From Balamuthia mandrillaris (taxonomy: Eukaryota): a DNA stretch of 64,000 nucleotides. The DNA is taken from the NCBI GenBank assembly GCA_031835245.2, contig JAVKOQ020000017.1, positions 1-64,000 of the forward strand. The letters run 5' to 3'. A program made the position numbers and the translations under genes. Positions 28,741-42,704 of this stretch are shown piece after piece. Within the stretch, counting starts at the first letter, position 1, and every line of letters starts with the position of its first letter. A model generated the notes under the pieces. It was not told where the DNA came from and did no database searches. It saw only the letters and a list, made by a program, of their open reading frames with translations.

Positions 28741-31700
28741 ATGTCCCACTTGCCACAAAGTTGTTTGCTGGTGGCGGTGATAGTCGTTGCTAGCTCTTTC
28801 TACGTCTTTTGGCAAGCCCAAAAGCTTGACCAGAGGGGTCCCTATTCTTTCTTTTTATTTTTCATCTCTCCTTCGTTTTCTCAACTTTGTTCTAACCGTC
28901 ATCTCATCTCATGTGATTGTTCACTTCATTTGTGTTGATGTACGTTGTTATTGTAGGAATGGAGCCAGTAGAAGAGCCAAGAGCAGAGAAGAGACCGTTC
29001 CGTCTTGTAACCCATGGCGATGTCCGCATTGTAATGTTTCTCTGCCCTCTTGCTTCTTTTCGCTCTCTGCTCTCTCTTCTTTGCTCACTTTGCTCTGTTT
29101 TCTCTACTCTGCTCACTTCTCTCTTTTCGCCTTTCTTTCTGCTGCTCTCTGCTCTCTGCTCTCTGCTCTCTGCTCTCTGCTCTCTGCTCTCTGCTCTCTG
29201 CTCTCTGCTCTCTGCTCTCTGCTTCTTTTTTCTTTCTGTTGAAACATATTACAGGATGACTACTATTATCTTCGTGAACGAGAAGACGCAGCAGTGCAAG
29301 ACTATATACAACAGGAAATGAAGTACTGCAGCACAATGATGAAAGACACAGAGTCTCTGCAAGCAGAACTCTACGACGAACTCCTTGCTCGCGTTCAAGA
29401 AACGGATCGCTCCTACCCATACCTCATCCGAAGCACAAACTCAGCTGAAACCGAACAGCAAGAAAACTACTTTTACTATCATAGAACCGAACAAGGAAAG
29501 AAGTACAAGATCCATTGTAGGAAGAGGCTGACGACCGTGACGGATGAATGGAGTGAGGAGGAGGCCGCAAAGGTGGAAGAGGAAGTCATCTTGGATGAGA
29601 ATGAGTATGCGGAGAGGCTTGAACTTAACTTTTTGAGCGTTGGAGATATGGAAGTCAGTCCGAATCAACGCTACTTGGCTTATTCTGGTTTGTCTTTCTT
29701 GCTTCTTGCTTATTCTTGCTTCTGCTTCTGCTTCGTCTTCTCTGTCCCTTCATTTGTTTTCGCTCTGTTCCTCTCTTTTTCTCTTGCTGATGGAAATGAC
29801 GATCAGTGGATACGGAGGGAGGAGAACGGTTCGAGCTGAGAGTGAAAGACTTGAGCACAGGTCAAGACGTAGACGAACCCATTCATGATGTTTACTATAG
29901 CGTGCAATGGTCTAATGACAGCAACTATCTATTCTATGTCACTGTTGACGATGGTACGGTTTGCTCTGCGCTTTTATCTTCGTACTTTTTTTCATTCTGT
30001 TTTAAACATTTCAAAATAAAAAGCAATGCGGCCGTTTAAGGTATGGAGACATCGTATCGGCACTTCAGTGGCGGACGATGTACTCATTTATCACGAGGAG
30101 GATGATGCTTTCTTCGTGTCGGTGACGAAAACGAGCAGCGAGAAGTATCTCCTGATTTACTCCAACTCTCAAATTACTTCGGAGGCTCATTTTTCGGACG
30201 CTTTTGACCCGGAAGACCCGTTCACCGTCGTTCAACCTCGTATTCACAAGGTATTTTCCTCTTTCTGTGTACATCTTTTCTCCCTTCTTCTGTTCATTTA
30301 AAACTAATTATTTCTTAATATGAACAAACTGCCAACAACAGATGGAATATTCTGTGGAAGAACATGATGGGGAGTTTTGGATTGTAACTAACCACGAGGC
30401 CAAGAACTTCAGGGTAATGAAGACCAAAGTGGACAATCCGAGCATGGATTACTGGGAGGAAGTAATCCCTCATAACCCAGCAGTTAAAGTTAACTCGTTG
30501 GCCATATTCAAGAACTTTGCAGTAGTGAAGGAACGAGAAAACGGACTCAACCAGTTGCGTATTATCGACCTTACAAACTCTAACCGTACGTTCTCTGCTT
30601 CTCTTCTCTGTATTGTCCTTGTTTGTTTAAGCAAAGCCAAAACCCAAAAAAAAAACATTCAGATCCTTCTCATTTGGTGGATGTACCAGAACCGGTCTAT
30701 CACATCTACACATCCGACAATTATGTCTATGATACTGACAAGCTGCGCTTCACCTACACCTCGTTGAGCACCCCCAAATCCGTTTTCATGTACGACATGA
30801 ACGATCGTTCTCGTATTTTGCTGAAACAAGAACCAGTCCGTGGAGGATACGACAAACAGCAGTACGAGACTAAACGTATCTTCGTGAAGTCTTCTTCAAA
30901 ACTACAAAACGGAGGTGAGGGAGAAGAAGTATTGGTGCCCATGTCACTCGTTTACAGGAAAGATATATTTAACCAACACAGAGAAGCAAACTTGCCTCAA
31001 CCTACTTTGCTTTATGGCTATGGTTGCTCTCCCCCCCTCCCCCCCTCTCTCTCTCTCTCTCCTTTCTCTTTTCTTATGCGCGCTTCACCCTGTCTATTCT
31101 CTTTTTCTATTTCTCGTTTGTGTATTCTCTGTTCTCTTTTCTCACTTTTTGTCATAAACAAATAGGATCATATGGAATATCAATTGACACTGTGTTTGAC
31201 TCGAAGAAGTTGAGTTTGTTGGATAGAGGTTTTATCTATGCAATTGCTCACATTCGTGGAGGTGGTGAAATGGGTCGCCATTGGTATGGTTAGTAGTACC
31301 GAAACTTGTGTTCTTTCATTTCTTTCTTTTTCACACGTTCTTTTTATCATGATAGAGTCAGGCAAATTGTTGGAAAAGAAGAACACATTCTATGATTTCA
31401 TAAACTGCGCTCAATATCTCATTGATAATAACTACACAGCATCCAACAAATTGGCCATTGAAGGGCGTTCTGCTGGTATTCTATCTTCTTGTTCTTCTCT
31501 TGCCAGCTTGAGCGTTACTGATTGTCTTCATTGCGTTAAATGAATGTGTGAAGGCGGACTTTTGATGGGAGCAGTTACGAACATGGCGACACCACTGTTC
31601 AGAGCGGTGATTGCTGGCGTTCCTTTTAGCGTAGACGTGCTTACAACGATGCTTGATGAGACCATTCCTCTTACGGTCATCGAATACGAAGAATGGGGCA

Positions 31701-32183
31701 ATCCTAATCACAAGGTACATTTCATAATCCTATCTTTCTTCTCTCTTATTCTTTCTGTTTAAACAAAAAAAAAAAAACGAATAGGAGTATTATGACTACA
31801 TGAAGACCTATTCCCCCATTGACAACTTGGAAGCCAAAGAATATCCCAACATGCTCATCACGACAGGCCTCTCCGATCCGCGCGTTCAGTATTGGGAACC
31901 TCTCAAGTGGGCCGCAAAGCTCAGGGATGTTCGCAAGCAAAACGGCAACTTGCTCCTCCTGCAGATTAACAAAGGAACCGGTATGTCGTTTATTCTTTCT
32001 TCCGTTTCTTTCTATGTCTGTTGTTTCTTTAAGTTATTCTTATCATAAAAACGAACAAAAGGACATATGGGGGAAGCGGACCGGTACAAATATTTGAAAG
32101 AGGTTGCTTTCAACTACGCATTTATTCTGAAGAGTGTAAAGCCTGCACTGCTTCACTCCTCCAAAGAAAGAACAAAGGAATAA
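28741..32183 (+). CDS. opdB: Oligopeptidase B (protease II, S9A), multi-exon, hydrophobic N-terminus
   Basis: [36 protein letters not shown]; catalytic GRSA|GGLL (Ser), [10 protein letters not shown] (Asp), GT|GH (His). Confidence 0.93.
29142..29223. repeat. (CTGCTCT)n heptamer array in an intron
   Basis: About 11 tandem copies. Confidence 0.9.
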
Positions 32184-32230
32184 CTGTATAAAGCTTCTTT
32201 TTCTCCCTATGTGTTTTTACAGACAATATT

Positions 32231-35200
32231 TTACACGTTCTTTTCCTCTTTGTCTTTGTCTTCTTGCTCTTCTTGGTCGGGACAAGATGAAAGCCTCACT
32301 CGTGAACATCCTGGTGAAGATTGAACAAGTCTCTCTGCTTGTGACGGCAATGATCTGGCCTTCATAGACTCGCCTTCTACCAGTTGCAGCAACTTTCTTC
32401 GTTTCTCTGTTTCCCGCTTCACTCTTCTCGTCAAACTATCTTCTCTCCGCGTGGACTTGGATGATGAGTGTCTCTTGCTGCCATTGTCTTCTCGCTCTCC
32501 TTTCTTTCTTCGTCGACTGCCATCAATGTTTTCAGAAGGACTTCTATCTAGACTCTTTGATCTCTTTCGTACAGTCACAGGCGTTCCATCTTCACTAGTA
32601 CCTATATCCTCCTCTTCATGCTCCTCTTTATCATGGGATGATGACGATGATAGAGAGGAAGCATTGCTTTTTGAGTCCCGTTTACGACGATGGCGGTGGC
32701 GACGATGATGACATCGATGTCTTCTCGGTTGAGGAGGTGAACTCTCGGTCGTTTGTGCCATTTCCAAATCATTGGGTCTTCTCTCCTCACTGGAGAGTGA
32801 CTTGTCCTTGTCCAGGTTCATGTTGCGTTTCTTCCATGTTTCATCTTCAACGATGATGGGTGATTCTGCATTTTCCTGTTGTGTCCGCAGGGTGGGCTCT
32901 TCTTGTTCTTCTTGTTCTTGTTCTCCTTGTTCTCCTTGTTCTCCTTTTAGTTCGTCTTCTTCTTTTTCATCACCTCTTCCTCCTTCTCCTGCTCCTTTGT
33001 CTAGAGATTCTTCCATCTCCTCCTCGAAGCGAATGCCATGAGCAGCTTTTACCTGTTCCAATCGAGCCGTCTGCATTTGCCAAGCAGCAAGCTGTGCCAT
33101 AAAATGTGCCAGTCCTGCCTCATTTTCATCTTGCTTCGCTTTCATGTACGTCTGATGTTGTGCGTATGATTGGAGAAGTTGCTTTTCGATAGCAATCTTC
33201 TCCCTCCAAATTGCTTCCATCTGTTCTCTAACCAAAACCAAATCAGATGAAGGTGGCACTGATGCTGCAGATGTATCAAACACTTCGCGAGCGGCATCCA
33301 CTCTTTGCTCCCAAGACGGAGATGGTTTCACAAGTTCCGACTTTGCTCTGTCCCTGCACGAATATCTTCCTTCTCCATCATCCACACCATCGACGTTCTG
33401 TTCAGTTTTACGTCCTCTGCCGATAACGATGTTTCCTGCTTCCCCCAGCTCTAGCTTGTTATCATCTTTCAACAACACGGCACTCCCTTTCATCGTCCAA
33501 CTTATTGTAGGAAGGGCTTGGGTCTCTTTCTCTTCTGCCTCTTGTTCTTCGACTTGTTCTTTGTTGGTTGTGTCTGCATTGATAAGTTCCACATGAATGT
33601 TGGTTATTTGGGGTACGACGAATCTGTTACGTTGAGAAAGTGTTGAAAGCGCATGAATACTCTTTCTCCAACTGGCAGAAGAAGTTACTGAGGAAGGAGA
33701 TGAAGAAGTGGAAGAAGAGGTAGGAGACGAAGAGTCAACAGCATGGGCATCATGCTGTTGTTCGGAGAGAAAGGAGAGAGGAGCAACGAAGAATGCATCG
33801 CGAAGAACTGTTTCTAAATGTTGTTTTGTTTGTGGTTCGTTCAAACGAGCCGTCAACGCCGTTTTGAACTTCTTCTGTGCCGTTGTTTCCTTTTTGAAAG
33901 CTTCTTGCTCTTCACTGTGCAGATCTTGTTGTGGAGAAGACGAAGAAAGAGGGGTGTTACCATTAATTATCTCGTCTCGCTTAGAGGTCGATCGAGGAGA
34001 GGTCTTCCTGCAAACCGTAGAGGCTGAAGAAAGAGGAGAGCGGTGTGCAATAGTCGCTGAAACAGTTGTTGTCAATGGCACCGTATGCGCTGACGCTATC
34101 GTCGATGCAGATTCCAAGTTTTCTCCAGCAGCTCCCGTGGAAGATGATAATGATGACGCAGCAGAAGTTGGTTTGGCCCAAAGGGCACGAATGGATCTTG
34201 GTGACGATTTAGGATGAGGATTAGGATTTGAGCCTCTTGGACTGAGAGGAGATGGAGCAGAAATGGGAATGTCCTTTAACCCAAGTGCTCCAGCTCCGCC
34301 TCCGCTAACGCCACCACCGCTATTAAGGGCGATTCCAATTGGTTTTCTTGAGAGGCCTGCTTTGTTGTTGGTCGTAGTGTTCATTCCCATTGCCATCCCC
34401 TTTTCTCCTTCTGCTCTTCCTGTTTCGTTTGTTGCTGTCTTTGTTAACGAGGCTGCAATCGACAATGATGAAGGTATGATCCTTCCTCCTCCTTCTCTTG
34501 TTTGTGGTTGTAATCGAAAACTTGTTGTTGCAGTTGTTGTCGTTGTTGTATTGTTTGGTTCTCCCAGAACGTAAATAGCAGGAACCTCTTCATCCTCGCT
34601 CAACAAAGAATACTCATTCACAATATCTTCAATGGAAGGCAACGCAGAAATTCGTTCTTCTAGCAATGAGGATTCCCGTGTAGTAGTTTCATTGCTGTTG
34701 ATGTTGGAACCGAACTTACTCAGTTTCTCTCTCATGGCAGCAGAAGAAGCCATCAAAGACATTCTTTTTCCAAGATTCAATCTCAACTTCTTTTTCTTTG
34801 GTCGGCTGTTGCTTTGAAGCGAGGACGAGGAAGGGACCGAAGGAGGACCCAACGCAGCCATTATCTCCAACAACCGAGCATAAAGGATGGTTCCTTCATC
34901 CTCCTTTATCAGTACATCTTCATCTTTCAATTGTTCAGTTTTTTGTTGCCGTTTTTGTCGTTGCTGACGTTGCAGATGAAGGGCGATAGAGTCAAGATGA
35001 GCGACTAGTTGCCAATGAATGGTTTGAATGGCGTCTTGCGGCAGCCTAACCGTAAACTTTTCTTTCTGCCTCTCTCCTTCTCTGGATAAAACGATAGAGA
35101 TTTCCTTAGGGTCTGTCAGTTTGTCGAAGAACTCTCGAACTGCCGTCATCTTCTCGTTGATAAATTGGTTGAGGAGCAGCATATGCGGTTCTTTGTTTCC

Positions 35201-38200
35201 AAACTCCACCCCGTTGGCTAAGTTCTGAACAACTTTCGAGATCAATACAAGTCCTCTTCTTACTTCTACTGTTATGCTCTCCTCTGTTTAATTTTTGACA
35301 AAGGTGTTATTTCGTTAGAAGAACAGTGAATGAAATAACAGCATGGCCACAATAGAAGAAGACAAAGAATAAGCAGAGCAAATGAAGAAGAACATGACGA
35401 GCAGAACAAGGAGAACAAGAAAGGCAAAAAAGCTAACCTTTAGCGATACCGCTATCAACTGGAGAGACTATGGCGGGACACAGGAAACGGAGGAAGAAAA
35501 AGCCAGCTACGACTGAGTCCTTACTTTCTGGAAATTTGGCCTCCACTTCTTGTCTCAAGTGCCGACATATGTCTCGCAAAGCTCTTTAAAGTGTATATCA
35601 TGAATAACGAGAAATGAAAAGAAGGAACGGACAAGGACGATAGAACGCACCCAGGACAGTAGCTGATGGATGCCAAGATCTGGTCCACAAACATTCTTGA
35701 GAACTGAACCAGATTTCTCATATTCTCTCCAAACGAAGTATGAGCAGGCACTCGTTTCGGATCAACCTATTCACAAGTTTAACGCAATAAGCGAAGGTTG
35801 GCAAGTTCGACGTGCGAAGGAGGCTATTGACTGGATCACGTACCTCCAAGGACTCGTTGTTGTGATAAAGCTGAACAACCTCCGCAATAGGTTTCTTTAA
35901 GGTCGTAACCAGAAACTTCTTTCCAACCGTCTTGTTATAGGCCGCCAAAAGGACTGTATGTGTCTCCGTTCCACGAAAGAGGGTCGCGCTATTGCTCTTC
36001 CTGAGGTTCTGTTGTTCCGAGAGGTCTTTTGTGATGGCAGCTTTGATGAGGGTGGCGGCATCGCCAGCTGCCTCAAAAATGGTGATCACTGCCTCAGCCA
36101 CCGTTTGGATAGAGCTTAGTTCGGTGGAGGAGAGCAAAGCAAATACCAAGGACAGGTCCGAGCCTAACAGGATGTGAAGCAACGACATCATCGTTGGATT
36201 CTTTAGTGTTTATGGTTCTATAGTGAGAAGACTCCTTCGAGAGCAAGCGCAGAAGAAGAGCAAGAAGGAAATTGTACCATCAAGAGATTGGTAGGATCAG
36301 AGGCAAACATGCTGTTCTCTCCTAACCAAGAACCAGGAGAGGCGGAACTACCTCCGAGAGGGGCGTCTCTTTTGTTGTTGGAAGCAGCAATAATATAGTC
36401 GATGTGAAACAATCCCAACTTGCCGTTATGAAAACCGAGCCACCATCGAGACTCTGCCACTGGACTTCGTTTCACAACAATGAGTTCATCATCTTCTTGC
36501 ATATTCAACACGGGGGAACAACTCACTCCATCCCCTTCTGCTTCTTCCATCCAAGACTGATAAGTTCGTGGACTGGTAGATAAGCCAGAGGAAGATGAAG
36601 ACAAAGCAGGTGAAGAAGCAATGCCTCCAGCTGCTGTCTCTTCCGGAGCAGATGCAAAGTCTTCGTGAGGATAATAAACTCGAGCAATGAAGGGAACAAA
36701 CAAAGAAGAGGCAGGATGAGCGGCCATGAGTTCGAGAGAACGATCCCGAATACGTTCAACGAGATGTTGCTTCAGGGAAAGAAGATTGGCGGCCAAGCGA
36801 AGGTTGAGACTATTGGCCACTGCAATGGGAATCTTTCCTTTCCAATCGATCTGCACGAGTCGAGTTACCAGTGAGGTGTTTTTTCCTGTCGGTTTTATGA
36901 CCCATCCCATTGCTTCCACCTCTCCTGTTTACATGTGAGCAAAGAAAGAAGGGAACATGTAGGGAAAAAAAGCAAGGAGGAAAGAAGGATGGGAAATGGA
37001 CAGAATGAAGAATGAAGATAGAATGAACCTCTGATGTGATGAGGACGTGGGGGAATCGAAGAATGGCTGACAGAACTCTCGATAAGGAAATAAGTATCTG
37101 CAGCACTTGCCGTGGAAGCTGCCGCAGCAGAGGAAGCAGCAGGGGACAGCTGCGCACTGTGCTGCTGTGAGGACGTGGCAGAAGCAAACGGCACGAAATG
37201 ATCACAAGTTCTCAGCGTCACAAACTCCCTCTTCTTGACCGAGGTGCTGATGTTCCTCATCGAAAAGCTCAACAGCTGCATCTCCTCCTCGAAGCGCTCC
37301 ATCACTCTCCCTTCCAAGTAAAGCTCATCCCAGTCCCTTCTAACAGCTCCCATGCCTTGCAACAGACGCGAGAGCTGAGCGGCGGGCGCAGGAACCACTC
37401 CCATGCACGCTGCACAGCTCAAAGAGCTTCCAGGAAATACCTTTCGAAGACATCTTATTCCTTCCACCTCTTCCAACAGTTCCCAATTCTGCATGTTGGG
37501 GGAAGGAGCCAATGAAGTGTGGTTAATGTTGTAGCGACGAACTCGTTCTTCGGTGGCCAACTCGCGATACATCTCCTCAAAGACCAAACGGGGAAGACGG
37601 GTGGGAAAGCTTTGGGTGACGACGGTGATGAAACCCCGAAGTAGTTTTGGAAAGCCATCCTTTCGTAAACTGGTCAACAATTCGTTTTGAGCTGACTCGA
37701 AGATGGATGCCATCACCTTTGCAGGAGATGAAGAGTATTTGTGAAAGAGTTCTCTTTCGAGAGAAGCTACTGTGGAACGATGAAACGAAGAGACCTTGAA
37801 GGGAGAGTTCACATCAAAGTAACGCCGAAAGATCGCTCGAGCCTCTTCCAAAGGAACGAAGTCGGGATAAGATGTGCCATTTTCGTCTCCATGCTCTTCT
37901 ATTGATTCTCCTTTCTCTAGTAAGCTCATTCTTTCGTTGAAAAGTTCTATCTCGAGCCAAGCCAAGTATCTCGCTTCCCGTTCTTCTTCTGCTTCTTCTC
38001 CTCCCTTTGCTTCTTCTATTTCAGCTTCTTTTTCTTGTGCTTCCAGCAAAGCAGAGAGTTGCTTGACAGAAGGCTTTCTCACAAGTTCCGTAGCCTCCAA
38101 AGAAGATGACAACGATGAGGCAGCTGACGACGATAGCGACGACGTTCCTCCAGAAGAACTCACACTCTCACCTCCTTCACGAATGTTTCGTTTGCTATCA

Positions 38201-40381
38201 CCGAAACGAGCAATAACGGAAGCACCGCTCGTTCTCGTTCGTAAACGCGTGGAGGAACGATGATATCGACCAGTCGTTGGTATGGCTTCCTCCTCCTCGT
38301 TGATGCCTTTCAAAGCGTTGGCCAGAAAGAGCTCCACTTTTTGGCTTTCCATCCATGAGACCGATCGATTTTTTGTTGTCCATTCCCATTCGTCTCTTTG
38401 TGCGTCATCCTCTCGTTCTTTTTCTTTTTCGTTTTGGTCTTTTGGTGTGTTTAGTGATAGGTTTGAAGCTCTTGTCGCTGGCAGTAATGCGTCCAACTGA
38501 AACGATACTTTTGTATGTATATCTCTTCCATGCCATGCAGGAGTTGTTTCTCTTCGCGGTGTAAATGGTGACGATGAGGGTGATTCTTCATTTCTTCTCT
38601 TCCTTGATGTTGTCTGTTGCTTATCTCCTCCTTCTCGTCCTTCTCTTCCTTCTTCTAGGACGTTCTCCTTCGAATGGTGAAATATACTTCGATGCGAAGC
38701 AACCAATTCGAGACCTCCAGTATATCTCCTTCTTCGTGTGTTGCTGTTGTTGTTCGGAGAAGACGACGATGAAGAAGGTGAGATCATGTTTGCCATGTCT
38801 ACATCATCGTGATGGGATTGAGAGCTGCGCCGTAAGCCTGATGGTACTTTAGAAGGGAGCGATCGTCCTTTCAACGCCATACTAATTAAGAACATCGCCA
38901 CGATGAACTCTGCTTCCGTCCATTCCGAAGAGCAGGAGGGCGAAGAAGTCGACTTTGACATGTGGTAAATGTGATCCAGTTGTTCAGAGGGAAGAGCTGA
39001 AGTGGTGAAAATTTTGCGTGCTTGCTCATCGGTGATGGTGGTGACGGTGGAGGGAGTGGTGTCTCGCTGCGAAAGAGCTTTCTTGAACAAGGCCAAAAAC
39101 TTTTCCTTCTTCCTCCTCGAAACGATCCATTGCATTTCCAGAATCTATACAGAAATTTGTTAGACTGATAGGAAACAAGAATCCAAACAAACTTAAAAGA
39201 ACACAAACGAACACATAATAGACCTTTGAAGTATTCAGCATGGTTGAAAAGCTGTCTTGTCGTTGGTTTTGAGGAGACCGGGCTTTACCAGAACCATTCA
39301 CCGATGATGACCGATTCACCACAGCAGGCTGCCACTCCCCCGTCGTCCATCCCGTCGAAGAAGAAGAGAGTGCAGCAGAAGCGGAGGCAGGACTGGAACC
39401 GGATTCAGAACGAGGAGAGAAGGAAGAAGCCGAACTTTTTCGTGAAGAATTGTTACCTCCACCTTCAAAGTAAAAGATTCTTTGGTGATGGCTTCTCGGA
39501 GGAGACATTTGGTCGGTATAGAAAGGAACACCAGGAAATGGAACTTCGATCGGCGAAGATGACACAAAATGTCTTCTGCCATCATCTACACGTGGCGTCG
39601 TTGAGGAAGAACCTCCACTGCTGTTACTCCTCCTCTTAGGAAAGACATCTCTTTCTCTACTATTGGACGAAGAAGGCGCAACGAAAGAAGAAGTTAAAGA
39701 AGAGGACTCTGAAGAAGACCCTCTTCCTGGTGAAATGCTCGATGCTCTGGCGTTGAAGGAACGCGGAGAGTCGGAGAGTGATCTACTACGTCGACCAAGG
39801 CTAGAGCTATCTGCTCGTCCTTCTGTCTTCTTTCTTCTATGTTTGGGTTGCGATTTGGAACGAAAAAGCCTTCCTTGTTTTTTGACGTTCGTTCCAGAAG
39901 AAGGCAAAGAAGAAGAACGCCTTGTTTTGCTTCGGCTCTTTCGTTCGTTACGAGTGCCATTGTTGCTTTTCTTCGTTTTATCTCGTCCTCTTTCACTATT
40001 GTCGATGCCGTCGTTTGAGTTGCTCAGAAAATTGTCGTTGATGTGAACCTGTTGTTGCAAAGAGGAGGAGAGAATGTCTTCTTTCACTTTGCCTTTATGG
40101 TGTCCGAGACTGGAGCTTCTCCTTCGCCGCCGCATAGCACGAACATCATCCGCGCTATCCGCTTTGCGCAAACGTTCTTTGTCTTCCAACAACATGCGAT
40201 CATCTATCGGCGGTTGACCAAGTTGTTGTTTTGGGGATCGTTTGTCGTGGTGGTTGCTGCTGCGTTCAAGGTCTTTGCTCACAGCTCCTCCGGAAGAAGC
40301 TGACAAGGAGCGTAACAGCTTGTTCTTCCGCGTTCGCTTCTTCTCTTTCTCATTGTGCGAAGGAGGACTATTCTGATCCAT
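32231..40381 (-). CDS. Large multidomain signalling protein: EH - RGS-like - START - SH3 - RasGAP, with long low-complexity termini
   Basis: EH: ARKIFTTSALPSEQLDHIY..EFIVAMFLI. RGS: ARAIFRRYFDVNSPFKV..IFESAQNELLTSLRKDGFPK. START: WELLEEVEGI..RRDWD..KREFVTLR..QIDWKGKIP. SH3: WWLGFHNGKLGLFHIDYI. RasGAP: TLFRG, FFFLRFLCPAIVSP, ISKVVQNLANG. Exon joins inferred by eye. Confidence 0.85.
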
Positions 40382-40836
40382 CCTTTCTTTGCCTTGAATC
40401 CTCCGCTCGCTTGCGTTCTTGACTTGGTTTTTTTGTCGGAACAAGGAAGAAAGAATCTAGAGCTTGTATGTTCTCCAAAGGTCTAAGTCCTGTTGTTCGC
40501 CTCCGGCAAGAAGGAGTTTGTGCAGACCTTCTGTTTGTTGTTTGTTTGACCCGCTGGCTGGTAGCCAGCCCTCGCTTCCTAAAAGGAGAGTTTCGCCATC
40601 TCTGCCAAAGGGACGCTTTTTACCTTTTCTAGAGAGTGAGAAATGGAAAGGAGAAAATAAAGGGAGGAGTTAGTCTGCAGTAGCGGCCGCAAAAACACGC
40701 TCCATGATCGAGACAAAAAATTTCCCTGTTCATTGTGCAGTAAGTAGATTTAAATCATGACGACATGAAAAAGGGAATAAAAAAAAAGAAAAACTGTTTT
40801 TTCTTTTTGGTTTCGGCGCTTGAAGGAAAGAGACGT

Positions 40837-40984
40837 TCAGGAGATCTTTCGTGCCAAGTTCTTGAAACCAGAGCCAAGGCAAGTCATCTTGATGGTCTTC
40901 GTCTCCGCATCAGGCTCTACCTTGAAGGTCACTCCGAAAAAGTCCTTGAGATGCCGCAACATTTGAATGCTATGAAAACAATTC

Positions 40985-41031
<47 letters not shown>

Positions 41032-42494
41032 GAGACGAGACGAGACGGGAGAGCGAGAGGAAGAGAAAGAGATATAAAGAGAGCATACGAATAGGGCGAA
41101 AGCTTTCCGATCCGAAGTTTGGAAACATCTTCGGGACACAACACCATGAACAGCAATGCAAACGGTTGAGTTGCTGTATCAACGCATCCTCCCTTTTAAT
41201 CATTCACAACAAATAATGAATTTCAATAAAAGAGAAGAGAGAGAGAAGAGGAGAGAGAGAGAGAGAGAGAGAGGAAAGAAGTGAAGCAAACAAAAGGAGA
41301 CGAAAGAGTGAAGATGCCTACGTATAAAATCTCCTCCAACAGACGTCTTGTTCCTCGTTCGGCCACATCCTCCGGCAATTCTCGAGGCTGGGCGATGGTC
41401 TCTGCTGAGATAACACATCCTGTCGTTGTTTCTGCCACCAAGCACAATGCATATCCTGAAGAACTGCAACAAAAATGAAAATGTTGTGCGAAAAGAAGAA
41501 TGAAAGAAAGAACTCGAGGGAGACGTACGCTCCAGAGTCTTTGCCTTTGTAGTGATCAGTATAAATAAATACGTTAGGGGTGAAGCGCGTGAGCAAGTCC
41601 TTGGCCCGCTCTACCACCCTATTTGAAAGCTGCGGTGATACTCGCGTCGAATATCTATCATACAAAAGAGACAAAGTGAAGGGAAATTATAGCACGCATA
41701 TCTGGAGGAGAAAGGGAAGAACGCAGGAACAGAGAAAGAAGAGAAGAAAAAGGATACGCGACACCACGAATCCTCTTCACTTTGCCAGGCTCCAACAAGC
41801 GACAGGGCTTCAGCTCCTTTATGATGGGACAGCGAAACTCCACGGCGCCGCCGCCCTCCGGCGGCGCCCCTCGGCCCACGATCTTCAGCTCCAGGTCCTC
41901 CTCTAGCCCAAAGCGAGCCAAGAAGGGCAGCGTGACGGTACGAAAGGTGTCCACCGAGAGGTCAAGCTCGTCGTTGGTGATGCCGCTGAGCCGCGCAAAG
42001 AGGGCCTTCTTGCCAAAGGGAGCGAGGAAGACGAGCGGCTCGAGGAAGTAGCCGATGGCGCGCTCGCGGCCGCAGTCGTGGGAGACCTCCCCGCCGACTA
42101 AGACGCCGGGCTTGAAGGTGACGCTGGTGCCCGTGACATTGATTTTGATGAGGGAGCCGTTTGTGATGTTTTCGATGAGTTTCAAGAAAGACACTTCATA
42201 GTCTGTTTTTTTTTTTTTGGTTTTGATCAACGCATGAATATTGAATAAAAATGTGAGGAAAGAAGCAAGAGAGGAGAGGCTGGAAAAGGAGGAAGAAAGA
42301 GGAGGAACAGAACGAGAAGAAGAAGAAAGGAGGAAAAAGAAAGACGTACCGCGTAAACCAGGATTCTCGTCCGCGGCTCGTATTTCTTTGATCTTGACCG
42401 TTTTTCCGGAAAGCGCGGCACAAACGATGCGCTGACGGAAACTCCTCGCGCCTTGGTAGGTCAGGACGGCCTCCTCTCCTCCCAAGAAGGACAT
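40837..42494 (-). CDS. RCL1: RNA 3'-terminal phosphate cyclase-like protein (18S processing)
   Basis: FRQRIVCAALSGKTVKIKEIRA..PGLR|DYEVSFLKL..RAIGYFLEPL..GRGAPPEGGG..GKVKRIRGVA..QMLRHLKDFFGVTF..CLGSGFKN. Confidence 0.95.
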
Positions 42495-42704
42495 TTTCTT
42501 TTCTTTCTTCTTTTTTTCTTTTTTTTTCCTTTGCTCTATTTTTGTCGACAAATCATGACGTCATCCTGAAATTGACCTTCTTTGTTGCTCAGATCGTGCT
42601 GCAAATGTGGTGCATGCATTGTAGACTGGTTATGTTGACCATAAATACAGCTCATCTGGTGCTGAAAGTAGTGTCGACAACATTTCCAACAACACACAAG
42701 AAAG
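42495..42704. promoter_or_regulatory. 210-bp divergent promoter between RCL1 and UXT
   Basis: Head-to-head ATGs; TGTCGACA at 42543 and 42672; CRE-type palindrome TGACGTCA at 42556. Confidence 0.65.
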
